The position numbers and the translations under genes are program-made. Positions 1 through 8,652 of a stretch of DNA of 64,000 nucleotides are shown in pieces (positions within the stretch are counted from its first letter, which is position 1; the number at the start of each line of letters is the position of its first letter). The stretch comes from Candidatus Multivoradales bacterium (GTDB lineage: Bacteria; Acidobacteriota; Thermoanaerobaculia; Multivoradales; Multivoraceae): the NCBI GenBank assembly GCA_965223325.1, contig CBDCWI010000002.1, positions 480,001-544,000 on the forward strand, in the 5' to 3' direction. Under the pieces are notes generated by a model. That model saw nothing but the letters and a program-made list of their open reading frames with translations, ran no database searches and was not told the DNA's origin.

Positions 1-19
1 AACACCTGTCCCGCCAGCC

Positions 20-844
20 GTGACCACCGCGGTCTCAGAGAATCGGGGTACGCTCGAGATCACCTATCTCGCCAACGAAGGCTTCCTCCTTCGCCGCGGC
101 GAGCACAGCGTGCTGGTCGACGCGCTGTTCGGAGACGGTCTCCCTGGCTACGCCAACGTGCCCGGGGCTCTGCGCCAGGTCCTCGAGGCCGCCCAACCAC
201 CCTTCGACCAGGTCGACTTCGTCCTCGCGACCCACTTCCATGGCGACCACTTCGACCCGCAGGCTGTCGCCCGCTTTCTGGCCAACTCGCCCTCCTCGGT
301 CTTCGCCTCCAGCCCGGATGCGGTTGCCCAGGTCAGAGCCCTCCTCCCTGGCGACAGCGCAGCCGAGCTCGAACCGCATTATCCGGCGGTCGGCGAGACT
401 CACGACGTCTCGGTCGCAGACACCGACCGACCCGAGGTCACGATCCTCCGCCTGCACCACGGCAAGACCCGCCCGGAAATCCAGAACCTCGGCTTCATCG
501 TCGACTTCGACGGCTTGCGCATCCTGCACATCGGCGACACCGAGGCGACCTGGGACGACTTCCTGCCCTACCGCGAGCTGGTCGCGGAAATCGACTACGC
601 ATTCCTTCCGGCGTGGTTCTTGACCACCCCGAGCTACGCCAAGGTGACCCGCGAGCTGCTCCGCCCTCGTCAGATCGTCGCCATGCATCTCGCCGAAGAG
701 GGCGCGCCGCCCTCCTGGTTTGGCAGCGACCGAACGCGTACCAACCGCCTCGAACGTGTCCGGCGCCTGTTTCCCAACGCTCTGATCGCCGAACGGCCCG
801 GGCAGAAACTCGCGCCCTCGCCGCCGACGCAGGCGCGTCGCTAG
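20..844 (+). CDS. MBL-fold metallo-hydrolase (UlaG-like), probably extends upstream of the window
   Basis: THFHGDH (HxHxDH) motif plus HIGDT and AMH metal-ligand motifs; the frame is open back to the window start. Confidence 0.85.
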   Translation: MTTAVSENRGTLEITYLANEGFLLRRGEHSVLVDALFGDGLPGYANVPGALRQVLEAAQPPFDQVDFVLATHFHGDHFDPQAVARFLANSPSSVFASSPDAVAQVRALLPGDSAAELEPHYPAVGETHDVSVADTDRPEVTILRLHHGKTRPEIQNLGFIVDFDGLRILHIGDTEATWDDFLPYRELVAEIDYAFLPAWFLTTPSYAKVTRELLRPRQIVAMHLAEEGAPPSWFGSDRTRTNRLERVRRLFPNALIAERPGQKLAPSPPTQARR

Positions 845-3474
845 TGCGCGCTCGCCGTACCCACCTCAGCGAGCCAGTCGGCGAAGTTCTCGGCCCGCTT
901 CGTTGTCACCTCGTAGCGCGGGATTCGCATCGCATCGACCCCAGCCGCGACTCCCGCTTCGCCGACCGTCAACGCAAAACGAAAGCCCGCCCGTTGGGCG
1001 ATCTCGACCGCTTGCGGCGAGCAGGCCCCGAAGGGCCAGGCGAGCACCTGGACCGGCCGACCGAGGAGCAGTTCGAGATCGATGCGATTCGACGCGATTT
1101 CGTCAATCACCCGGTGAGGCGGGACATGCCGCAGGTCGAGATGCGAGCGGGTGTGGGCAGCGATCTCGAGCCCCGGTAGGCGGTCGAGCTCCTGCAGCTG
1201 GGAAGGCGTGAGTACCCGGTCCAGGTCTTCGAGCCGTTCACACCCCAGTAGCCCTCTACCTGCGAGCACCCGCTCTTGATCGAAGCCATCGAGCAGAGGT
1301 AGCACTTGGGACAGCTCCGCCACGTGCTCTTCGCTGAGCCCTCGCCTCGTCGCGGCCCTGGCCAGACGGTCCCACCAGAATGCCGGGTCATGCTCGTTCC
1401 AGCTTCGCGAGGTTGCAAAGAAGGTGGCGGGAAACCCGCGCTCGACGAGCTCGGGCGCGGCCCATTCGAGACTGTCGCCACAACAGTCGTCAAACGTCAG
1501 GCACACGATCGGCTTGTCGTTCGGGCTCGTCAACTCGCCCTTCGAGATGCCTTCTAGAAGGGTTCCCAGGCCGAGAACCGCGTACTCGCGCGCCAGCAGA
1601 TCGAGATGTTCGGCGAACTTCTCCGGGGCAACGGCGAGCTCGGCAACCGGCGCCGTGGCCGCTTCCATGACCCGGTGGTAGCAGAGGACGCGCGGAGGCT
1701 TCTGCGGCCAACTCCCGGTCTTCTTCCTCGGCCTTCGAAGAGCGGCCGCTTCGCCACTGTGAATCTTCGCGGTCACCACCGAGAGCGTCGGGAAGGAAGG
1801 GTCGCAATAGATGTGACCGGCCGGCGAGAGCGCTTCCGGACCAAGACCGCACAGCGCCAGAGTCGAGGTCTGCAGGTTGCCGATGCCCCGTGCGTTGACA
1901 TCGGCCTCGGGCAGGATCGCTTCGACGAGGCGGCGCAAGCCGCCCGGCACCAAGCGCCACAGATCGGCCGATGAGACGGCGCGAGCGGTTGCAACCGCCG
2001 AGAGCACCAGCAACCCGTCGCAGCGGAGCGCCCGGTAGAGGCTACGGATGGCGCCGTCGAGATCGCCCGCACGGTTGAGAACCTCCCAGGCAAAGATCAC
2101 GTCGTAGCTGCCTTCGGTGATCTCCGCCAGGCGCTGATCGAGCATCTCCGGCGCCTCCTCGTCGTCAACGGCGAGATGGTCGAGGCACTCCAACTGCCCT
2201 CCTTCACTCCCCAACCGTGCCCCGAGCGGCGCGGCCACACTCGCTTCACCGATCTCGAGCCATCTCGATCCCGGCTGATCACGCAGCGCGCCGGCGAGCG
2301 CCGGGCAGGAAAGGAACTGCTGGCGGCACCAGCGCACCATCGCTCCGGGGTCGCAGGCGGAACCGGCGCGCTCTGCCGCCCAACGTAGCGAGCCAACGTC
2401 GAGGGGAGCGACCGGAGGGTCCGAAGCGGCGAGCCTCTGCTTGGCCAGGTCGATGCGCTCCAGGAGGGCCTGGCGCGCGCGCTCTGCCTCGGCGATCTCG
2501 GCGACCACCTCAGCGGCTCGGGCCTCGTAGGTGAAGCGCGCGGCGTCGGCGCTTCGCACCGCCTCAGCGATCGAGTCGCCAACCGGCACTGGCGCGCGAG
2601 CCGGTCCTCTAGCTCGCGGCGGCGCAGCCTTCGAGCCCCGTTGGCCCCGAGCATCGACCGGCTTGTGGGCGCGTACCCCCAACACCAAAGGGCACAAGGC
2701 GGCTGTGCGCTCGAAGTCCGCCGGCGGAACGTCGGCGTCCGCGAGGCCAAAGAGAAAGGCCATCGCCAGCCAGGTGTCTCCAAACGCGGTGACATCGAAG
2801 CAACCGCCCGGAAAGTGCCTCGTCATGAGCCTTCGTGCTCCGGCTCCCGTGAATCGCCAGCAGTCCTGGTCGAGGTCGTACTCGGGCGGCAATCGGCTGG
2901 CCGTGGGCAGAGTCAGAAGGAGAACCCCTCCCGGTGCGAGCAAACGCCAGCTCTCGGCCAGGGCGCGTTCGATGTCGGGAATCAAGAACAAAACCTGGGT
3001 GAACACCAGGCAGTCGTAGGACCCGCCAGGCACCTGATCGGCCGCGGTCAGATCGGCGATCCAGGTGGCCCGCGGGTTCTCTGGATCGATATCGAGCACG
3101 TCGCTGGTGGTCACCTCGCCGTCGGAGTAGCGCTCGGTGTATACGCGGTCCTCGATCTCGAGCACCCGGCCACGAATGTCGCTACGGTTTCGCTCGAGGA
3201 AGCCTTCGATATAGACCCGATCGAGCGGGCGCCCACGCTCGAGGCCCCACTGATCGCTGAATGGGCTCAGCCGGTCAAAGTCTCCCCAGAAGAATCCTCG
3301 TGGGCGGCCGCCTTCGGCGAGATCCCGCTCGCGCGCCTGGCTTGCCGCCTCGGTCTCAGCGACCTGTGCCTGGCCGCGCCGCCGCAGCTCGAGGTCCTGC
3401 TGGCGCCTGAGCGCCGCTCTCGTCCGCTCATCGGCAGAGCGAAGAGCCGCGTGCACGCCCCCAATGCCGTTCAT
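841..3474 (-). CDS. Fusion of two class I SAM methyltransferase-like domains and a C-terminal NodB polysaccharide deacetylase
   Basis: RGRVLEIED...DVLDID...YDCLVFTQV...LAPGGVLLLT (MT1); WLEIGE...YDVIF...LRCDGLLVLS (MT2); LCYHRV, LTFDDC, AAHTRSH, AWPFG (NodB). Start placed at the ATGA overlap (3474) with the upstream stop. Confidence 0.8.
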   Translation of the reverse strand: MNGIGGVHAALRSADERTRAALRRQQDLELRRRGQAQVAETEAASQARERDLAEGGRPRGFFWGDFDRLSPFSDQWGLERGRPLDRVYIEGFLERNRSDIRGRVLEIEDRVYTERYSDGEVTTSDVLDIDPENPRATWIADLTAADQVPGGSYDCLVFTQVLFLIPDIERALAESWRLLAPGGVLLLTLPTASRLPPEYDLDQDCWRFTGAGARRLMTRHFPGGCFDVTAFGDTWLAMAFLFGLADADVPPADFERTAALCPLVLGVRAHKPVDARGQRGSKAAPPRARGPARAPVPVGDSIAEAVRSADAARFTYEARAAEVVAEIAEAERARQALLERIDLAKQRLAASDPPVAPLDVGSLRWAAERAGSACDPGAMVRWCRQQFLSCPALAGALRDQPGSRWLEIGEASVAAPLGARLGSEGGQLECLDHLAVDDEEAPEMLDQRLAEITEGSYDVIFAWEVLNRAGDLDGAIRSLYRALRCDGLLVLSAVATARAVSSADLWRLVPGGLRRLVEAILPEADVNARGIGNLQTSTLALCGLGPEALSPAGHIYCDPSFPTLSVVTAKIHSGEAAALRRPRKKTGSWPQKPPRVLCYHRVMEAATAPVAELAVAPEKFAEHLDLLAREYAVLGLGTLLEGISKGELTSPNDKPIVCLTFDDCCGDSLEWAAPELVERGFPATFFATSRSWNEHDPAFWWDRLARAATRRGLSEEHVAELSQVLPLLDGFDQERVLAGRGLLGCERLEDLDRVLTPSQLQELDRLPGLEIAAHTRSHLDLRHVPPHRVIDEIASNRIDLELLLGRPVQVLAWPFGACSPQAVEIAQRAGFRFALTVGEAGVAAGVDAMRIPRYEVTTKRAENFADWLAEVGTASAH

Positions 3475-4595
3475 CGTGCCGCAGGTTCCCGCGCGCCCTG
3501 CCTGCGGTGCTCGACATGCGTCGCCACTTCGCTCGCTGGTGAGCGCCGTTTCAGGAACCAACCCAGGATCCGGCGCAGCGGTCGCGTGATGCGCCAACTC
3601 CACGACCCGCGAAGAGCGTCGCGCTCGGAAGCGACCCGCGCCAGCGATTCCTCAAGGCTAGCGAGGCGTGCCTCCAGGTCGTAGCGAAAAGAGTCCTCGG
3701 CGGCTGCGGCCGCTACGCGTCGTCGTGTGCCGCTGTGTGAGCGCGCCTCCTCGACCTTGCGCTCGAGCCGTGCCGCTTCGAGCGCCAACAGACGATTGCC
3801 GGGATCGAGCAGGTCGTCGAGCCGACTCTCGAGCAGGAGGTTCTGCGCCTCGATCGCCTCCAGCTCAGCCGCCTTGAGTTCCAGGACCTGCCCGAGGTGG
3901 CGTTCGAACACCGGACGGTGCTTCTGGATCATGTAGCCCATCAGGATCTCGTGCCCCTCCTCCGAGCAACAGCGATCACTCATCGAGCCGGTGCGCCGGC
4001 GGTAGTCGAACAACACCTCCGGCAGGATCACGCCCTCGCCGCCCTGGGCGACCAGCCGCAGCCAGAACTCCCAGTCCTCGTACCCCATTTCGGGCATCGA
4101 CTCATCGAAGCCACCAACCCGGTCGAACGCGCTACGCCGCACCAGCGCTGCCGTACAAACCGTGCACTCAGCGAGCAGCTGCACGACGTCACAGGCCGTG
4201 GGCGACCACACCACATCCAAATCACCGAAGTTCTGCAGCCAGAACGACACGAAGGCTGGCTCGTCCGGCCCTTCGATCGCGCCAAGCGTCTTCTCGATCA
4301 TTGCGGGGCGCAAAAGGTCGTCGGCGTCGAGAAACGTCAGGAAAGGGGCCGTGGTCTCGCGGGCTCCGCGGTTGCGGGCCGCCGCCAGGCCGCGGTTCGG
4401 CGTTCTGACCACCCGGGTGCGCGGGTAGGTCAGCCCTTCGAGCAGCTCACGAGTGGCCGGGTCGTTGGAGCCGTCATCGACGACGACGACTTCGAAGTCC
4501 TCAAAGGTCTGCGCCATGACGCTCGCGAGGGTCTCTTCGAGGTACCTCCCGAGGTTGTAGCACGGAACGACGACGGCGACGCGCGGGCTCGTCAT
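3471..4595 (-). CDS. GT2 glycosyltransferase with C-terminal coiled coil and SWRITRPLR amphipathic tail
   Basis: VVVPCYN, VVVDDGS, FLDADD, YEDWEFW; ATGA overlap with the wzt stop at 4592-4595. Confidence 0.9.
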   Translation of the reverse strand: MTSPRVAVVVPCYNLGRYLEETLASVMAQTFEDFEVVVVDDGSNDPATRELLEGLTYPRTRVVRTPNRGLAAARNRGARETTAPFLTFLDADDLLRPAMIEKTLGAIEGPDEPAFVSFWLQNFGDLDVVWSPTACDVVQLLAECTVCTAALVRRSAFDRVGGFDESMPEMGYEDWEFWLRLVAQGGEGVILPEVLFDYRRRTGSMSDRCCSEEGHEILMGYMIQKHRPVFERHLGQVLELKAAELEAIEAQNLLLESRLDDLLDPGNRLLALEAARLERKVEEARSHSGTRRRVAAAAAEDSFRYDLEARLASLEESLARVASERDALRGSWSWRITRPLRRILGWFLKRRSPASEVATHVEHRRQGAREPAAR

Positions 4596-5386
4596 GCCGG
4601 AACCAGGGGAGCGTCTTCGGGCATCGCCTCTGGCGGTGCCTTTACCGGGCCGGGCTCGCAACCCTCGAGCTCGAGATAGGCGTCGACGACTTCGCTGGCG
4701 GTGCCCTCTGCCACGATGCGACCCGACTCGAGTAGCAGGCCGCGGTCGCAGAACTCGCGGATCAGAGGATAGGCGTGGCTCACCAGGATGATCGTGTGCC
4801 CCTCAGCCTGGAGCTCGCGGAACCTCGCCTTGCAACGCTCTTTGAAAGCAGCGTCGCCAACCGCGAAGATCTCGTCGAGAACCAGAATGTGCCGCACCGC
4901 GCGGAAGGCGACCGCATAGGCCAGGCGGGCCGACATACCGCTCGAGAAGTGGCGCAGCGGCATGCGGGCAAAGCGATGTAGGCCAGCGAACTCGAGAACC
5001 TCGTCCAGCACTCCGCCGATCTCTGACAGGGTCAAACCCATGATTCCACCCAGCAGATACACGTTGTCGATGGCGTCGAGCTCCGGGTTCCAGCCGACTC
5101 CGAGCTCGAGAATCGGCGTGATTGCCTCTTCGCACACCACCCGCCCCTCGTCTGGCGCGTAAATACCCGAAATGATCTTCAGCAGGGTCGATTTGCCGCA
5201 GCCGTTGCGACCCATGATGCCGAGCGTTTCGCCGCGCTCGACTCTGAAGTCGACGCCATCGAGCACCGTCAGGGTCTCGCGTGGGCGTGGCCTGAACAGA
5301 TTCAGGGCATGCGCCCGCAGCGTGTCCCGCCGAGTGGACGGGATGATGAACTTCTTCGACAGCCCGCGGACTTCGATCATCGCCAT
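4592..5386 (-). CDS. wzt: Polysaccharide export ABC transporter ATPase (Wzt), no C-terminal carbohydrate-binding module
   Basis: Walker A GRNGCGKST, signature FSSGMSARL, Walker B ILVLDE followed by AVGDAAF, H-loop VSH; only 264 aa. Confidence 0.92.
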   Translation of the reverse strand: MAMIEVRGLSKKFIIPSTRRDTLRAHALNLFRPRPRETLTVLDGVDFRVERGETLGIMGRNGCGKSTLLKIISGIYAPDEGRVVCEEAITPILELGVGWNPELDAIDNVYLLGGIMGLTLSEIGGVLDEVLEFAGLHRFARMPLRHFSSGMSARLAYAVAFRAVRHILVLDEIFAVGDAAFKERCKARFRELQAEGHTIILVSHAYPLIREFCDRGLLLESGRIVAEGTASEVVDAYLELEGCEPGPVKAPPEAMPEDAPLVPA

Positions 5387-5395
5387 ACCTCTGCC

Positions 5396-6196
5396 TCAGA
5401 GCTCCTGAATCGCGCGTTTCGAGTGGCGCCAGAAGAGCCATCCACCAACCGCGAGAATCACCGATGCCTCGAGAGCCAGGAGACCATGGGCGCGCGCCGA
5501 CGGGATGGTACCCATCACGAGGACCTCACGCGAGAACTGGATGATGGGCGTCGGAAGCCACATGTAGAGAAGAATGTGAAAGCGCTCCGGCAGAATGTCG
5601 AGCGGAAAGATGATCGGTGCCACGAAGAAGCCGGCCTGCAGAACGACCTCCCAGACCTCGTTGAGGTCGCGATAGCGCAGAAAAAGCACACTGGCGCCGA
5701 GCGAGAAGCCACAGACGATCAGGACGTACATGGCGAGGTAGAAGAAGAACAACGCCACCTGGAGCAGTGACGGGATGAAACCGAAAGCCGCCAGGAAGCC
5801 GAAGATAACGACCGAGAACACGGCGAGCGTGATCAGCGGATTCGACATCGACGTGAGCACGATGACCCAGGTTGGGAACTTCGCCTTGGTCAGAAGAAAA
5901 CTCTTCGAGTGCAGAGACCGCAAGCCCGATTTGGTCCCCTCGGCGAAGAAGTCCCACAGGAAGAGGCCGATGATGAGGTCGAACTTGTATCGCGGCTCGG
6001 AAGCGAAGATGTAGGAGAACACTCCCAGAAGCACCGCGAACATGAGGCTCGGTTTGAGCAGTGCCCACACGAAACCACCGATGGTTCCGTGGTAGCGGGT
6101 CTTGAAGTCGGTGCGAATGAGAGTCCAGATCAGCCCGCGCAGGTATCCGCGACGGTCGACCGGCATCTCTTCGGGCGTTGTGGCCGCAATCGTCAT
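5396..6196 (-). CDS. wzm: Polysaccharide export ABC permease (Wzm)
   Basis: TDFKTRYHGTIGGFVWALLKP N-terminal motif, RYRDL, about six hydrophobic segments; adjacent to wzt. Confidence 0.92.
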   Translation of the reverse strand: MTIAATTPEEMPVDRRGYLRGLIWTLIRTDFKTRYHGTIGGFVWALLKPSLMFAVLLGVFSYIFASEPRYKFDLIIGLFLWDFFAEGTKSGLRSLHSKSFLLTKAKFPTWVIVLTSMSNPLITLAVFSVVIFGFLAAFGFIPSLLQVALFFFYLAMYVLIVCGFSLGASVLFLRYRDLNEVWEVVLQAGFFVAPIIFPLDILPERFHILLYMWLPTPIIQFSREVLVMGTIPSARAHGLLALEASVILAVGGWLFWRHSKRAIQEL

Positions 6197-8652
6197 CAGC
6201 GCGCTGACCCTTCGTCAGGCCCCTCGGGTCGCTCGCTTCCGACGCGCGAACCGACTCTCAGAAAGCGCGTCCAGCGCCAGCTGCGCGACTGGCGGATCTC
6301 GGCCAGACGGGTTTCTGCAGCAACCGCTGCCGCCTGCAGCGAGTGGGAAACCTCTTGCGCCTCGCGCGCCTCGACCGCGAGTGACGCGAGACGTTGTTGG
6401 AGTACCGCGACTTCCCGGTCCCGTTCTGCAAGCGCGCGGCGAGCGGCGTCGCGATGCTGGTTGGCCGTATCGAGCTCCTGGTGGAGCCGCCCCGCCTCGC
6501 GTTGCGTCTCGTCGAGACGTTGGGCATAGCTCGCGACCTCCTGGTCACGCGACGCCAGCGCTGAGCGGGCATCTTCGAGAGCCCGATGGGCACCGTCGAG
6601 GTCGCGGTGGAGACCATCACGTTCCCTGGAAACGCTGTCGAGTGCGGCGTGGAGTCTCTCCGCCTCGCGTTGCGCCTCGTCGAGGCGCTGTGGGTAAGCT
6701 GACACTTCCTGGTCACGCACCGCCAGCTCTGCGCGCGCATCCTCGAGTGCCCGATTGACCCCGTCGAGCTCCTGGTGGAGAGCATCGCGCTCCTTGGAAA
6801 CGCCGTCGAGCTCCGCCGGAAGTCGCTGGGCCTCGCGTTGCGCCTCGTCGAGGCGTTGTGTGGCGTCTCTGACCTCCTGGTCACGCACCGCCAGCTCTGC
6901 GCGCGCATCCTCGAGTGCCCGGTTGACCCCGTCGAGCTCCTGGTGGAGAGCATCGCGCTCCTTGGAAACGCTGTCGAGCTCCGCCGGAAGTCGCTGGGCC
7001 TCGCGTTGCGCCTCGTCGAGGCGTTGTGTGGCGTCTCTGACCTCCTGGTCACGCACCGCCAGCTCTGCGCGCGCATCCTCGAGTGCCCGATTGACCCCGT
7101 CGAGCTCCTGGTGGAGAGCATCGCGCTCTTTGGAAACGCTGTCGAGCTTCGCCGGAAGTCGCTGGGCCTCGCGTTGCGCCTCGTCGAGCCGTTGTGTGGC
7201 GTCTCTGACCTCCTGGTCACGCACCGCCAGCTTCGAGCGCGCATCTTCGAGGGCCCGATTGACACCGTCGAGCTCCTGGTGGAGAGCATCGCGCTCTTTG
7301 GAAACGCTGTCGAGCTCGTCGTGGAGTTGCTGGGCCTCGCGTTGCGCCTCGTCGAGGCGTTGATTGGCGTCAGCAACGTCCTGGTCACGCGACGCGATCT
7401 CTGAGCGTTCATCCTCGAGAGCGCTATTGGCACTGTCGAGCTGCTGGTGCAAAGCATCGAGTTCCTTCGCAAGACCCAAGAGCGCGGTGTTGTGCTTCGC
7501 CTCCAGAGTCTCCACAGCCGTATGGCTCTCGTCGAGCTGGCCATGCAGCTCTTCGAACTCTGCGTTGCGCTCTGCCAGCTCGGCGCGCACCGAAGCGAGG
7601 TCCTGCGCTGCTCGATCGAGCTCTGCATGCAGAGAGGCGTTCTCTTGATCGCGTTCTGCAAGCCGGGTGTGAAGTCTAGCTCTCTCGAGGTCGCGCTGGT
7701 GCAGACGCGCCCCCTCTTCGGAAAGCGCACGGTTGGCACGATCGAGGTCACGCTCGAGTTTGGCCAGAAGACGCGCGCCGCTGTCCGCTTCAGGTGGTTT
7801 GCGTTTGCCTATTCGCTGTCGGACCGCGTCGAGAATCAACTGCACGCGCACAGCTTCCGGGTCGAAAGTGGAGAGTTCCGCCGCTTCGCGCTGCCACTCG
7901 GTCCAGGCCTGATACTGGACATGCCACCCCTCGGCCTGCTCGCTCTTCGACAGCCGCGCTTTGCGTTCGCGCTCGATCTTGCGCTCCGCGTGTGCCCGCG
8001 ATCGCACCGGATAGTGGCGAAGCAGAAAACGGATCGGAAAAACACGCCGCGACCGGAAGGTCGCTTCGTGACCACCGCTCGAGACCAGGTCGACGGTGTC
8101 GCCGAGAGGTCGTTTCCAGGCTTTGATCTGCAGCCGGTTGAAGGCCGGCGACACTTCGTAGTGGCGGTAGGCATCGCGCAGGTCCCGCGCACAACGAAAG
8201 CTCGGAGCCTCTCCCAGCCGTTCGGCGTTCTCCTCCGTCGGCCAGAAATCGAGGACCTCGAAGTCGATGGCGTTGTAGCCCGCCCCGTCGACGACTTCGA
8301 TGGCTTGCCGCAGGCTGAGGTGACTCCAGGGACTCTCGCGCAACTCGTCGGCATCGTGAGAGATGAACCAATCGCCCTCTGTCTCGTTGGCGGTTGTTTC
8401 CTTCCACTCGAGGATGTCGCGCCAGGCGCGCCGGCCGTCCGTTGGAGGGCCCAACCGCTCTACTTCGAGCATCTGGCGATCGTCGACAGTCTCTTCCGCG
8501 ATGGCCACCGTGTCGTCGGTACTGGCGTCGTCGAGCAGCCGCACAGCGATGTCCTGTTCGAAAAGATCACCGAGCGTCGCGCCAATGACGTCGGCTTCGT
8601 TGTACGCCGCAACCAACGCCATGATGCGTAGCTTTCGAGCCGGCGAGTTCAC
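6196..8652 (-). CDS. GT2-like glycosyltransferase with ~490-aa repetitive coiled coil and SRSWRWTRFLR tail
   Basis: AAYNEADVI, DDASTDDT, WFISHDADE; 56-aa heptad repeats. Start placed at the GTGA overlap 8649-8652. Confidence 0.85.
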   Translation of the reverse strand: MNSPARKLRIMALVAAYNEADVIGATLGDLFEQDIAVRLLDDASTDDTVAIAEETVDDRQMLEVERLGPPTDGRRAWRDILEWKETTANETEGDWFISHDADELRESPWSHLSLRQAIEVVDGAGYNAIDFEVLDFWPTEENAERLGEAPSFRCARDLRDAYRHYEVSPAFNRLQIKAWKRPLGDTVDLVSSGGHEATFRSRRVFPIRFLLRHYPVRSRAHAERKIERERKARLSKSEQAEGWHVQYQAWTEWQREAAELSTFDPEAVRVQLILDAVRQRIGKRKPPEADSGARLLAKLERDLDRANRALSEEGARLHQRDLERARLHTRLAERDQENASLHAELDRAAQDLASVRAELAERNAEFEELHGQLDESHTAVETLEAKHNTALLGLAKELDALHQQLDSANSALEDERSEIASRDQDVADANQRLDEAQREAQQLHDELDSVSKERDALHQELDGVNRALEDARSKLAVRDQEVRDATQRLDEAQREAQRLPAKLDSVSKERDALHQELDGVNRALEDARAELAVRDQEVRDATQRLDEAQREAQRLPAELDSVSKERDALHQELDGVNRALEDARAELAVRDQEVRDATQRLDEAQREAQRLPAELDGVSKERDALHQELDGVNRALEDARAELAVRDQEVSAYPQRLDEAQREAERLHAALDSVSRERDGLHRDLDGAHRALEDARSALASRDQEVASYAQRLDETQREAGRLHQELDTANQHRDAARRALAERDREVAVLQQRLASLAVEAREAQEVSHSLQAAAVAAETRLAEIRQSRSWRWTRFLRVGSRVGSERPEGPDEGSAR
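6470..7480. repeat. Intragenic tandem repeat, 168-bp (56-aa) unit, about 5-6 copies, central ~3.5 nearly identical
   Basis: Anchor TCGAG(C/G)T recurs at 6596, 6764, 6932, 7100, 7268 and 7436 (exact 168-bp spacing). Confidence 0.95.

Noticed and set aside
6258-7751. Alternative-frame Ser/Arg-rich repeat ORFs
   Set aside because: By-products of the 168-bp repeat in the coiled-coil gene
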